From contig JAYFMW010000006.1 in assembly GCA_042408215.1 (NCBI GenBank), positions 800,001 to 864,000 of the forward strand: a stretch of DNA of 64,000 bases, given 5' to 3'. The position numbers and the translations under genes are program-made. The notes under the pieces were generated by a model. That model was not told where the DNA came from. It saw only the letters and a program-made list of their open reading frames with translations, and ran no database searches. Origin of the DNA: Microcoleus sp. (GTDB taxonomy: Bacteria; Cyanobacteriota; Cyanobacteriia; Cyanobacteriales; Microcoleaceae). How positions within the stretch are numbered: the first letter of the stretch is position 1; each line of letters starts with the position of its first letter. Shown here one piece after another: positions 54,283-64,000 of this stretch.

Positions 54283-55070
54283 ATGCTGTGCTCTTTGACG
54301 TTTACCGGCACATTGATTGATGTTAGGTTGACTAGACTCCATAAAAAAATAATTTCCGAATTTGTAAGGGAGCGGCAGCAGCCCACTGCTAATATTGGCT
54401 CTGACGGCGGCTGCAATTGAATCGAGCCTATGGCTGTGCGGTGCAGGTGCACCACTGGATATCCCAACTGCTCGGCGGTTCGGCGAATCTGTCGGTTTCT
54501 CCCTTCGGAGAGAATGACTTCCAACATGGTTTGGTCGCGGATGCGATCGAGCACTCGAACTTGAGCTGGCATAGTCTTTCTGCCGGACAAGATGATACCC
54601 TGACGCCATGCTTGCAATACTGATTCAGGAGGATGCCCCTGCACCCAAACTTGATAAGTTTTCGATACCGAGTGGCGCGGATGGGTCAAACAAAATGTCA
54701 GCTTACCATCATTGGTGAGCAGCAGTGCGCCCGTAGAATCTGCATCTAAGCGTCCTACTGGGTGGATGCCTTGACCAGAGCGCAGTTGGGGCGGCAGCAG
54801 GTCAAGAACTTTCGATCGATCCCTCGGATCGCTGCAAGTGGAAACTACCCCTGCGGGTTTGTTGAGCAGCAGATAGACTAACTGCGGACGTTCTGTTGCG
54901 GTGACGGGGACTCCATCGACTTCGATGCGATCGCGATCGGGATTCGCTTTTTGTCCTAACTGAACAATATTGCCATTGAGTCGCACTCGTCCAGCTAGAA
55001 TCATCTGTTCAGCTTGACGGCGAGAAGCAATCCCCCACTGGGCGAGGATTTTTTGCAGCCTTTCATCCAT
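54279..55070 (-). CDS. rRNA pseudouridine synthase (RsuA/RluB family)
   Basis: ERLQKILA..GIASRR S4 domain, LNKPAG, PVGRLDADSTG, EGRNRQIRR. Confidence 0.92.
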   Translation of the reverse strand: MDERLQKILAQWGIASRRQAEQMILAGRVRLNGNIVQLGQKANPDRDRIEVDGVPVTATERPQLVYLLLNKPAGVVSTCSDPRDRSKVLDLLPPQLRSGQGIHPVGRLDADSTGALLLTNDGKLTFCLTHPRHSVSKTYQVWVQGHPPESVLQAWRQGIILSGRKTMPAQVRVLDRIRDQTMLEVILSEGRNRQIRRTAEQLGYPVVHLHRTAIGSIQLQPPSEPILAVGCCRSLTNSEIIFLWSLVNLTSINVPVNVKEHSI

Positions 55071-55160
55071 AAGGCATCTTTGCTTCGTAAAGTTGTCGGT
55101 TCGATTGCAGCGCTGCTAAATCTTGACAGGATTTAGCAGGGCTATAGGTACAAATATTAC

Positions 55161-55671
55161 CACAAAATTGGGTGGAGCGTAGCGGAGGTCTAAAGCCCCG
55201 TCCTTATAGGACGGCTTTAATTAAGGGTCTACCTGATAAGCATTCAAGCATTTAATATCTATTTTTCAAATTTCCTTGCATTCTCTTTAAAATAGAGTAG
55301 AATAATAATTCTGCCACAGGTAGAATAACCGCCGATACACATGAGACACTAAGCTCAAACGACGGGTCGGAAAACAATAATGGTTAGTGGGTGGCGAAAA
55401 CCACGAAAAACATAGCTAGGCTGACTAATGTCAGCCCAAATCAGAAAAGTAAATTTTGGGAAGTTAAAACGTACCGTAGGGCATCCGGTAACATGAGAAG
55501 TAATTCTCGAACGCTTGGGGAGATCAAACCCTCTGGGACTAACTAAATTAGGCTCGATCTTTGGTTCCTTTGAACGGATATTTGGTTTAAGTATTGCCGC
55601 AAGGATAGCTAGTTTTAAGGTGTGTCGCTAGAACCAAGAATCCCCACGCCTTGATAGCTGGGGAGTGTCAA
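55161..55671 (+). mobile_element. 511-bp non-coding IS200/IS605 element with internal promoter and omegaRNA-like right end
   Basis: TTAC|CACAAAATTGGG..AAAGCCCCGTCCTTATAGGACGGCTTT (same left end as 1-673); right end AAGAATCCCC...GGGGAGTG-TCAA. Confidence 0.8.
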
Positions 55672-55690
55672 AGGAAGAGTTTGAGTTCGG
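55472..55690 (+). ncRNA. Putative TnpB omegaRNA (scaffold plus flanking guide)
   Basis: TACCGTAGGGCATCCGG...AACGCTTGGGGAGA...GAACCAAGAATCCCC...TCAA resembles IS605 right-end RNA scaffolds; boundaries approximate. Confidence 0.55.
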
Positions 55691-55938
55691 ATGTTTCAGT
55701 TTTCCGTCATAGTCTGGAAACTGGCGATCGGGTTTTCCAGAGCCGGCGAGGTAAAGTTATATTTCCGTGTTTGAATATTAAGGTTAATTCACTCTTCTCA
55801 AATTGTTTATGGCTGTCGATCGCAACTCTCGTGAATTCCATAACGGCTCTGCCGGTGTCTGTCAACTAGAAACTACCAGTCTCGATCGAGGAGTCGCAGA
55901 TACCGCCCTGGGGTCAAGGTAGCCGGATCGCGAGTGCG

Positions 55939-56601
55939 GTGCTGTCTCCGGCGGTGCAGTTGTGGCTACGATCGCAAGTTCAGCAGGTGTCCGAGTTGAG
56001 GGTGAAAATTGAGGGGAGCGATCGACAAATCTTCAGTGGAGCAATCCCCAAAGTAACGGCTGCTGCTCGCGGTGCAGTGTATCGAGGAATGCACCTGACA
56101 TCCGTCGCCCTAGAGGGTGCTGGCATTCGCGTTAACCTCGGTCAAGTTATCAAGGGCAAACCACTCCGCCTCTTAGAATCCTTTCCCGTATTCGGCGTTT
56201 TACGGCTGATTCAAGCCGATCTAAATGCGTCGCTGAAAGCACCTTTGCTTGCGGATGCTTTGAGCGAATTTTTGCTGCCTCTTTTGCCATTGACCGATCG
56301 GGAACAGCCCCTAAAATTGGAAAATTCACAAATCGCAATTGACGCAGGTTTATTGACACTTTCGGCTGTAATTTTGCGCGCTGGCGGTATGCAAATACCT
56401 TTTGTATTGCGGACTGGTTTGCGGATGGCTAGCAGTCACGAATTGATGTTTGAAAATCCAGAAATAGAGTTGTCACAAGAATTAAATAGGAATATTTTAA
56501 AGAGTTTTAAAATTGATTTCGGGCCAGAAGTCGAGATTGAGGAATTAACTTTGAATCCGGGGGAAATAGTTTGTCGGGGCGGAATTAGAGTTTTGCCTTA
56601 G
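55939..56601 (+). CDS. DUF2993 (LmeA-like) protein
   Basis: LSPAVQLWLRSQV, DRQIFSG.IP, AVYRG, NLGQV.KGKPLRLLE, DLNASL; true start uncertain. Confidence 0.7.
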   Translation: MLSPAVQLWLRSQVQQVSELRVKIEGSDRQIFSGAIPKVTAAARGAVYRGMHLTSVALEGAGIRVNLGQVIKGKPLRLLESFPVFGVLRLIQADLNASLKAPLLADALSEFLLPLLPLTDREQPLKLENSQIAIDAGLLTLSAVILRAGGMQIPFVLRTGLRMASSHELMFENPEIELSQELNRNILKSFKIDFGPEVEIEELTLNPGEIVCRGGIRVLP

Positions 56602-57156
56602 TTAGTTAACTGTGGGCTGTGGGCTGTTGACGGTTGGCTGTTGACTGTGGGCTGTTGACTGTTGACTGTTGACTGTGGGCTGTTGACTGTGGGCTGTTGA
56701 CTGTTGACGGTTGGCTGTTGACGGTTGACGGTTGACGGTTGACTGTTGACTGTTTTCATTCCCAAAGCCCAAGGCCCAAGGCCAAGGCCCAATGACCAAT
56801 TACCAATGACCAATTACCAATGACCAATGACCAATTACCAATGACCAATGCCCAATGACCAATTACCAATGACCAATTACCAATGACCAATGACCAATGA
56901 CCAATGACCAATGACCAATGACCAATGACCAATGACCAATGACCAATTACCAATGACCAATTACCAATGACCAATTACCAATGACCAATGCCCAATAACC
57001 AATAACCAATAACCAATTCCCAATAACCAATTCCCAATGACCAATTACCAATGACCAATTACCAATGACCAATGCCCAATAACCAATAACCAATAACCAA
57101 TGCCCAATAACCAATGCCCAATTCCCAATTCCCAATTCCCAATTCCCAATTCCCAA
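56602..57156. repeat. About 555-bp heptamer STRR array
   Basis: TGTTGAC/TGTGGGC, then CCAATGA/CCAATTA/CCAATAA/CCAATTC tracts filling the convergent intergenic space. Confidence 0.95.
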
Positions 57157-58074
57157 TTACCGATTGATTAGATAAGAGTCGATCGCGGGCAAGAGTAAAG
57201 TCACAAAATAGTAGACTAACGGGGCGGTAAAAACATAACTGTCCGTGCGATCGAGAATGCCACCGTGACCGGGGATCAACTGCCCCGAATCCTTAACACC
57301 AGCGTCTCGCTTCATCATCGACTCAGTTAAATCGCCTAACAAACTAGCAACGCCAATCAACAGACCAAAAGCAGCCCCAGTATAGGGCCACCCCGGCCAA
57401 TTCAAATACCAAGACCCGGCTGCTCCCACTGCTATGCTGCCACAAACCCCAAATACCGCACCTTCAACGGTCTTTTTGGGGCTGATGTGGGAAAGGCTAG
57501 TGCGGCCGAAGAATTTGCCGACAAAATAAGCCCCAATGTCGGCGGCCCAGATACAGAAAAAGGCTAGCAGTAGCGAAGTCAATCCCAAAGATATATGATT
57601 GAGGTTTGCCCAAGACAGCGGCGGGTAAATGTGCATCGGCGAATTGCTTGCCACTGCTTGTCCCAATCCGGTTGTGGCTTGATAAACTGGGTCAAGTCCG
57701 ACTCGCAGCCGTATCCAATAGCTGGGCAAATAACCGCCGTAGAATAATCCTAAAATAGAAGCGGCAATATCGGCGATCGTCGATAACTTAGGCTGGAACA
57801 GCAGGTAGAAACAGATGAAGGTTCCCGCTAGGGGAAACATCGCATCTACGAGTTGTGGTGCAAGGGCGGCGGTAATTAGCAGAACTTGACTGACAACTAA
57901 GGTAGTTTTGGCAGCAGGTGCAATCCCCTTAGCACGGGCTAGTTGAAAATATTCTAATTGGCCTAGGTAGACGATGATCCCGAAGCCGATGGTGAAGTAC
58001 CATCCTCCTAAAATAATCATTCCCAAAGCAAGGACGATCGCAACTATTCCACTCAGGATACGAGACCAAGGCAT
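57157..58074 (-). CDS. cdsA: Phosphatidate cytidylyltransferase
   Basis: [50 protein letters not shown]; start MPWSRIL. Confidence 0.93.
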   Translation of the reverse strand: MPWSRILSGIVAIVLALGMIILGGWYFTIGFGIIVYLGQLEYFQLARAKGIAPAAKTTLVVSQVLLITAALAPQLVDAMFPLAGTFICFYLLFQPKLSTIADIAASILGLFYGGYLPSYWIRLRVGLDPVYQATTGLGQAVASNSPMHIYPPLSWANLNHISLGLTSLLLAFFCIWAADIGAYFVGKFFGRTSLSHISPKKTVEGAVFGVCGSIAVGAAGSWYLNWPGWPYTGAAFGLLIGVASLLGDLTESMMKRDAGVKDSGQLIPGHGGILDRTDSYVFTAPLVYYFVTLLLPAIDSYLINR

Positions 58075-58448
58075 AAAATGAATTTCTCTTGCAGACGGCG
58101 GCGGGTTATTCGATTTTGGATTTGGGATTTTAGATTTGGGATTTTTGTAGGGCACGGGTTCTTCCCCCATCGGTCATCCAAATATCTCAAGTCAGGCGGT
58201 CAATCCAGCTATGGTTGCCCTTACTCTTAGTATGAAGGTTAACGGGACTTAAAAAAGGTTAAGAATTACATTTAGTCATTAGTCATTAGTCATTAGTCAT
58301 TAGTCATTAGTTATTGGTGATTAGCTAGAGGCCGGGAAGCCCCACGCCATAAGCTGTAAACCCTCTCGATTCTATCAAGGCTACAGAAAGCCGTCGCATT
58401 TATGCCTAGGGTTGTTTACCCTGATGACTAATGACTGCTGACTACTGA

Positions 58449-59042
58449 CTAATCTATCTTTTCGCCGCTGAGAATAAATATGGGATTGACGGCGGCAAAG
58501 GTTTGACTGAGGCCGCGAGTCTCTAAGCGGTTGACGGCGGACTGGACTACTTCGATGTTGCGGACTTGCAATTCGGCGAACCCTTCGGAAAGGGCGTAAA
58601 GATTCTCTAAATTGCCTGCTGTGGCCACAACTCGACCGTGGGGTTGCAAGTACCCCCAGACTTCTTGGAGAATGGCTTTAATGGGGCGACCTCCTTCGAT
58701 GCAAACTCGGTGTGGGGGTTTTGACAGATTTTTGAGGCATTCCGGGGCGCTACCTTCTATGACTTCTACGTTGTTGAGATCGAAGCGATCGCAATTTCTG
58801 CGAATCAAGTTTGCTACCTCTTCGTCCCTTTCTATGGCGATAACTCGACCTTTGGGACACAGCAAACCTGTTTCTACGGCGATCGTACCAGTACCTGCGC
58901 CAATGTCCCACACCACTGAGTCTGCTTGCAGCCGCAGGTGAGAAATTAACAGCAGTCGGACTTCTCGTTTACTCATGGGAATACCCGGTAAACGTTCAAA
59001 TAAATCGTCTGGGATACCAGGAGTGACGTAGGGCCAAAGCAT
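58449..59042 (-). CDS. cbiT: Precorrin-6Y C5,15-methyltransferase (decarboxylating), CbiT subunit
   Basis: PGIPDDLF..PMSKREVR, WDIGAGTGTI, IEGSAPE. Confidence 0.9.
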   Translation of the reverse strand: MLWPYVTPGIPDDLFERLPGIPMSKREVRLLLISHLRLQADSVVWDIGAGTGTIAVETGLLCPKGRVIAIERDEEVANLIRRNCDRFDLNNVEVIEGSAPECLKNLSKPPHRVCIEGGRPIKAILQEVWGYLQPHGRVVATAGNLENLYALSEGFAELQVRNIEVVQSAVNRLETRGLSQTFAAVNPIFILSGEKID

Positions 59043-59178
59043 AGTTTTATTTTAAATTGAACGAAGAAGGAAGAGGGCAGAAGAAGGAAGAGGGAAGAGG
59101 GAAGAAGGAAGAGGGAAGAAGGAAGAAGGAAGAATTTCTTCCTATGCCTTGACTTTTTCCTATTTCTTTCCTTCATAT

Positions 59179-60705
59179 CTACTGTCGCACAACCTTGAGA
59201 GTTTGGATGTTGGGATCGCTACAACCTGTGATTTTTCCGCCGGCGGCCTGGATTTGTTGCAGGTATTCAAGGGCTTTTGAGGTAATGACTTCACCAGGCA
59301 TTAGGACTGGTATTCCTGGGGGGTAAGGACAGATGAGTTCGGCACTGAGGCGATCGACTGCTTTGTCTGCTGCTACTGTTTCCGTTGGGGAAAAGAAGGC
59401 ATCCCGGGGGGAGATTGGGGAGAGTGGGGGAGTGGGGGAAGGGGAGTGGGGGAGGGAAGGATGGGAAAAATCTTCTTTCTTGCTTTTTGCTTTTTCCTTA
59501 AACATCCATCCATTAAATCCGTTAAATCCGCTACACAATCCGTTGCCGAACTCCCTTCCTGCTAAAAAAGTAAAACCTTTAACTAGATTTTCAATATCTG
59601 ATTCTGTATTTCCCAAGCTGATAATAAATGTTAGATGTTGCGGCATTGGCAATTCTGCGGTGACACCGAATTGAGAGTGCAGAATTTCATCTGCTGCAAA
59701 TCCTGTGATTCCTAAATCTGATACTTTTACTGTTACCCTGGTTTGGTCTAACTCGGCAAAACCCGGTGTATTTAATGGTTCTAAAACTGATAAACCCGGA
59801 ATTTGAGATATGCCCGATCGCGCTTTTTCTGCTAGCTGTAAAGTTTGCGCCATTAACTCTTTGCCGTGGAGTGCGATTTGTTGGCGGGCGGCGTCTAGGG
59901 ATGCTAATAGTATATAACTCGGACTGGTGGATTGTACTAGCTGTAATGCTCTATTTAGTTTTTGGCTATCTACCCTAGAACCCTTAAGGTGTAGCATCGA
60001 TGCTTGTGTCATTGCACCGAGGGTTTTATGGATTGATTGTACTGTTAAATCGGCACCGGCTGAGAGTGCTGGTTCTGGCAAGTTTGGATGAAAGTTAAAG
60101 TGCGCGCCGTGGGCTTCATCTACTAATAATGGTATGTTGTATTGATGGGTAATTTTGGCGATCGCCCGCAAATCTCCACAAACCCCGTGATAAGTTGGGT
60201 AAACCACCATGACTGCTTTCGCATCGGGATGTTGTTTTAATGCTGCTGCTGTGGATGCGGCTGTGATGCAGTTGGCAATATCCCAATCCGAGTTGTACTC
60301 TGGATTGACAAAAATTGGAATTGCGCCGGATAAAATCAAACCAGAAATTGCCGATTGATGGATATTTCGAGGTAGGATAATTTTATCTCCAGGCCCGCAA
60401 GTCGCGACAATTGCCGCGATGATTCCGCAAGTCGAACCGTTGGCTAAAAACCGAGTATATTCGGCTCCAAATGCCTCAGCAGCTAGATTTTGAGCTTCTG
60501 CAATTACGCCCTCTGGATTAAAGAGATTATCTAATTCTGGTAATTCTGGCAGGTCCGATCGAAATACTGCGGCCCCCAACAAGTCAACCAGCGGCCCAGA
60601 TATTCCTTGGCCGCCTTTGTGTCCGGGGGCGTAAAATGGGGAGTGAGGGTGATTTGTGCGATCGCGCAAAGCATCTAATAAAGGCGTGTTTGTTTGAGAG
60701 TTCAT
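59179..60705 (-). CDS. Arginine/lysine/ornithine decarboxylase (PLP, fold I)
   Basis: PGHKGG, NGST, PRNIHQS, VDEAHGAH, QSIHKTL, STSPSY, PYPPGIP. Confidence 0.88.
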   Translation of the reverse strand: MNSQTNTPLLDALRDRTNHPHSPFYAPGHKGGQGISGPLVDLLGAAVFRSDLPELPELDNLFNPEGVIAEAQNLAAEAFGAEYTRFLANGSTCGIIAAIVATCGPGDKIILPRNIHQSAISGLILSGAIPIFVNPEYNSDWDIANCITAASTAAALKQHPDAKAVMVVYPTYHGVCGDLRAIAKITHQYNIPLLVDEAHGAHFNFHPNLPEPALSAGADLTVQSIHKTLGAMTQASMLHLKGSRVDSQKLNRALQLVQSTSPSYILLASLDAARQQIALHGKELMAQTLQLAEKARSGISQIPGLSVLEPLNTPGFAELDQTRVTVKVSDLGITGFAADEILHSQFGVTAELPMPQHLTFIISLGNTESDIENLVKGFTFLAGREFGNGLCSGFNGFNGWMFKEKAKSKKEDFSHPSLPHSPSPTPPLSPISPRDAFFSPTETVAADKAVDRLSAELICPYPPGIPVLMPGEVITSKALEYLQQIQAAGGKITGCSDPNIQTLKVVRQ

Positions 60706-60842
60706 CGCTGATTCGCTTCATCCTGATTGGATTATTTTATTCCTGGACGCATAGGGGCTCAGAAACCGGGTTTTTATCGAATCTACGGGCTGCAACAAGT
60801 ATTTTCGCAAAAACCAGGTTTCGAGGTGTCAAAGTGCGTCCA

Positions 60843-62114
60843 TTAAGCTAATACAGGCTTCCCAGTCAATATAACTTGTTCGATAATATCAGCAGCTTTC
60901 TTGACTCCGCCCGATCGCACAATTGCCTCTTGCATCTCGATCGCCCTTTGTTTATACGACTCTTGGGTGAGCACTTTCACAATTGCCGATCGCAATTTAG
61001 TCACACTCAATTCCTTCAAAGCAACCACTTCACCCACACCCGTATAAGCAATGCGCGCCGCCACTCCCGGCCCATCATTCATCACAGGAATTGCCACCAT
61101 TGGGACTCCATTGCTCAAAGATTCCAAAGTTGTATTCATCCCGGCGTGAGTAATCGTGAGAGTGGCTTTTTGCAGCAGTTCTAATTGCGGTGCATAGCCA
61201 ACAACGAGCGGATTTCCGGGCAAGGGCGGCAAGGATTCGGGAGTCGCACCTGCGCCGAGAGATATTACCAATTGGGCATCTAATCCTTCACAAGCGGAGG
61301 CGATCGTTTGAAAAAATTCCGGCAAGCGATTTATAATTGTTCCCATTGAGGCATAAATCAATGGTTTGTCAGTTAATTGTTCAAATGGAAAAGGCACTGG
61401 TTTGCGAGTAGCTGGATTGTGATAAGGGCCCGTGAAATGGAAATGTGGGGGTAGTTTTTGCCTGGGAAACTCGAATTTAGCCGGCTGCTGGCTGATTTGA
61501 GCCAGTTTAGAGTAATAATCATTCCGGTTAGAGTACAGAGGTAATTTCCATTGGCGGCGAGATTCGGCGATCGTCTCTCGAATCGGCTTGGTAAGCAAAT
61601 TGAGTAACTGATAGCCGATTTGGTTGCGTAAGCGCCCTTTCCAAGTTGGACTATATTGCCAAGTAGTAACAATAGGCGGAATGTTTGGTTCTCGATTTAA
61701 GAGCAACGCACTGCAAACTGTGATAAAAGGAATGTTTAGAAATTCTGCAATTGTTCCTCCTTCAAGTGAAATTTGGTCTACGAGTAGAGCTTCTATACTA
61801 GCTTTTTTAATAGCGGTTGGCGCGTCTCTGAGAATAGCAGCTAATCTTTTATGACCTGCTTTAAGACTATATTGCAAGGCAGCCAGTCCGCTGAGTTTTC
61901 CTCGTTGGGTAAACTCTTCTGCGTTTGAGCCAACGGGAAATTCATCTTCAGCGAATGGCTGGAATTCTAATCCGCTGGCTAAGGTGGTGACTTGAGCATC
62001 GAGGAAGCCCAATACTGTAACTCGATGGCCTCGGCGAAGCAGTTCGCGGCCTAAAGGTATCATGGTGTTGAGGTGGCCGGTGCCGGCTGGACAAATAATG
62101 CCGAAGTGTGTCAT
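60843..62114 (-). CDS. UDP-glycosyltransferase, MGT family (CrtX-like)
   Basis: GHLN, YASMGT, APQLELL, ITHAGMNTTLESL.NGVPMVAIP. Confidence 0.88.
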   Translation of the reverse strand: MTHFGIICPAGTGHLNTMIPLGRELLRRGHRVTVLGFLDAQVTTLASGLEFQPFAEDEFPVGSNAEEFTQRGKLSGLAALQYSLKAGHKRLAAILRDAPTAIKKASIEALLVDQISLEGGTIAEFLNIPFITVCSALLLNREPNIPPIVTTWQYSPTWKGRLRNQIGYQLLNLLTKPIRETIAESRRQWKLPLYSNRNDYYSKLAQISQQPAKFEFPRQKLPPHFHFTGPYHNPATRKPVPFPFEQLTDKPLIYASMGTIINRLPEFFQTIASACEGLDAQLVISLGAGATPESLPPLPGNPLVVGYAPQLELLQKATLTITHAGMNTTLESLSNGVPMVAIPVMNDGPGVAARIAYTGVGEVVALKELSVTKLRSAIVKVLTQESYKQRAIEMQEAIVRSGGVKKAADIIEQVILTGKPVLA

Positions 62115-62361
62115 GAGTAAAGGCTCCGCGTGAGGTTAATTTTTTTTATTGTAGTCGGATGAGTGGTTTGTATTGGGCGTTGGGCGATCGATCTTCTTCG
62201 TGAGAGCTTACTCTTGTGAGACGTTTAAATTATGTTTTAATTGAAAGCTAAATTTAAGATTGTTTGTGAGGTCGATCGCAAAAACCGAGTTTCCCCAAAG
62301 TCCCCAATCTTTTTGATGAATATGGGACTTAAAAAAAACTGGTTTTTGTGTAAATTATCAA

Positions 62362-62718
62362 TTAATTGAAGTTGAGCGCAGTCTCTTTACAAACGTTAAC
62401 AGCATCCAACTCTGTGTATTTCCCGTCAGAGTATTCGGCCCTGACATCAAAAATACAGCCCGCATCCGAGCCACCGTAGTCAGCTTGATTCCACTCAAAG
62501 TCTTCTTTTTCCCGATCGGGAATGGGGCCGTCTAGCTCGTTTTGTCCCCAAGTATCCTTATCGGGAGGAGACATAAAAACGGCTGTCATCGTCTTACCGC
62601 TGTTGTTAACTACGGAAATTTTGATCGTCTGAGCGAAGACGCTAGCTGCTGTCAGCGCCACCAGGGGCAGCGACAGCCCCGCAGCGATCGCTACTTTGCT
62701 TAACAACTTGTTAACCAT
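62362..62718 (-). CDS. Secreted hypothetical protein
   Basis: Signal peptide ending VFA; V.NNSG...VFMSP...WG...C.FDVRAEYSDG...NVC. Confidence 0.7.
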   Translation of the reverse strand: MVNKLLSKVAIAAGLSLPLVALTAASVFAQTIKISVVNNSGKTMTAVFMSPPDKDTWGQNELDGPIPDREKEDFEWNQADYGGSDAGCIFDVRAEYSDGKYTELDAVNVCKETALNFN

Positions 62719-62835
62719 TGAGCCATCTACCTCAAGTTAGATATTTATTCAAGCTTAGCTTTAGAAGTGAGAAAGGGCAAGTTCAGATACAGCGTATTCC
62801 AGGTTGAGCAAGTAGGGACTTAGGCAATGCCCATA

Positions 62836-63046
62836 GGTGTCAACAACCAGGCTAAAACCCTTGAAAAATCTCGTTTTCACGCCGAGTCTAGATCCCCCTA
62901 AATCCCCCTTAAGAAGGGAGTAGGGTGTGAGTAGGGGTTGACTTTGATCTATTTCCGGTTCCCCCCTTCTTAAGGGGGGCTAGGGGGGATCGAGGCCTAA
63001 TCGTCAAAGAGTAGACAGGTATTACGTTTGACGTTAAGTTGACACC
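62836..63046. mobile_element. MITE with GGTGTCAAC/GTTGACACC ends
   Basis: 9-bp TIRs, internal CCCCCTAAATCCCCCTT hairpins, flanked by GTAGGGAC...GTCCCTAC. Confidence 0.65.
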
Positions 63047-63136
63047 AATAAACTCTTAGAGTGTCCCTACAGGGATTAATCTGTATATTGCTATTGCTTA
63101 TGATATTTTGATACAGTTATATGTTTGTACATAGCT

Positions 63137-64000
63137 ATGCTTACCGCCGGAATTGTCGGATTGCCTAATGTTGGCAAATCTACCTTGTTTAATGCTTTGG
63201 TTGCTAATGCCAAGGCGACTGCTGCTAATTTTCCTTTCTGTACGATCGAACCAAATACGGGTATCGTAGCAGTCCCTGACGATCGCTTGAAGGTGCTCAG
63301 CAAGATTTGCAATTCCGCGCAAACAGTGCCGACGCGGATGGAGTTTGTGGATATTGCGGGTTTGGTAAAGGGTGCGAGTCAGGGAGAAGGATTGGGAAAT
63401 CAGTTTTTGTCTCATATTCGGGCCGTAGATGCGATCGCCCACGTTGTCCGCTGTTTTGACAATGATGATATCATTCACGTTGCGGGTTCTGTCGATCCAG
63501 TCCGAGATATTGACATCATCAATCTCGAATTAATTTTAGCAGATTTAGCTCAAATTGAACGCAGGCTCGATCGCACTCGCAAGCAAGCCCGCAACAATAA
63601 GGAAGCTCAGGCAGAAGTAGACGTGCTCGAAAAATTGGTCGCGGTTTTGAATGCGGGTAAACCAGCGCGACAGTACAGTTTTACTGATGAGGAAGCTGAG
63701 TTAGTTAAAGGTTTGGAATTACTAACAAACAAACCAATTATCTATGCTGCCAACGTGTCTGAGGACGATTTGGCAACAGGAAATAGCTATGTCGAACAAG
63801 TGCGAGAAATAGCAGAAGCAGAAAATGCTAAGGTTGTCATAGTTTCGGCGCAAGTTGAGTCAGAATTGGTGGACTTATCAGAGGAAGAACGGGCGGATTT
63901 CCTAGAATCTCTGGGGGTGAAAGAAGGTGGCTTAAAATCTCTGATTCGAGCTACTTACGAATTATTGGGTTTGCGGACTTATTTTACTAGCGGGCCAAAA
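63137..64000 (+). CDS. ychF: Redox-regulated ATPase YchF (runs off window)
   Basis: MLTAGIVGLPNVGKSTLFNAL, ANFPFCTIEPN, DIAGLVKGASQGEGLGNQFL; not in the ORF track. Confidence 0.95.
   Translation, partial: MLTAGIVGLPNVGKSTLFNALVANAKATAANFPFCTIEPNTGIVAVPDDRLKVLSKICNSAQTVPTRMEFVDIAGLVKGASQGEGLGNQFLSHIRAVDAIAHVVRCFDNDDIIHVAGSVDPVRDIDIINLELILADLAQIERRLDRTRKQARNNKEAQAEVDVLEKLVAVLNAGKPARQYSFTDEEAELVKGLELLTNKPIIYAANVSEDDLATGNSYVEQVREIAEAENAKVVIVSAQVESELVDLSEEERADFLESLGVKEGGLKSLIRATYELLGLRTYFTSGPK

Noticed and set aside
56598..57156. Short ORFs such as [13 protein letters not shown]...
   Set aside because: Translations of heptamer repeats
58330..58420. IS605 right-end remnant (GAAGCCCCACGCC...)
   Set aside because: Too short and degenerate to delimit
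1..64000. High density of GCGATCGC/CGATCG
   Set aside because: Well-known cyanobacterial HIP1; not novel in itself

Overview
Chromosomal window from a filamentous cyanobacterium. Abundant HIP1 (GCGATCGC), heptamer STRR tracts, chlH and psbY, and the repeat style suggest a Microcoleus/Oscillatoriales-like genome (inference). Core genes: clpC, gltD, priA, speE, chlH, hisC, malQ, rodZ-like, a pseudouridine synthase, cdsA, cbiT, ychF. Other loci: a Ser/Thr-His hybrid kinase, a DUF928x3/CHASE2/MinD signalling locus, a small defence islet (HgiCII/AvaII-like R-M, TA genes, Uma2), a tandem duplication and many MITE/REP-like repeats, several inserted in frame in proteins. The most interesting signal is a set of IS200/IS605 (TnpB) elements. 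(i) A tnpB element whose left end holds a small divergent ribbon-helix-helix gene instead of tnpA, with two overlapping face-to-face near-consensus promoters and a palindrome. (ii) A 511-bp ORF-less element with the same left end and TTAC site, its own promoter and an omegaRNA-like right end. (iii) A second ORF-less omegaRNA-like element in the psbY leader. (iv) An IS607-like element with a TnpB-related gene. Together they suggest a regulated TnpB served in trans by stand-alone guide-RNA cassettes (hypothesis). Also notable is a 24-bp mobile element inserted at GCG^ATCGC of HIP1, once in frame in priA. No CRISPR array, tRNA or rRNA was seen. All calls come from reading the sequence by eye; no searches were run.
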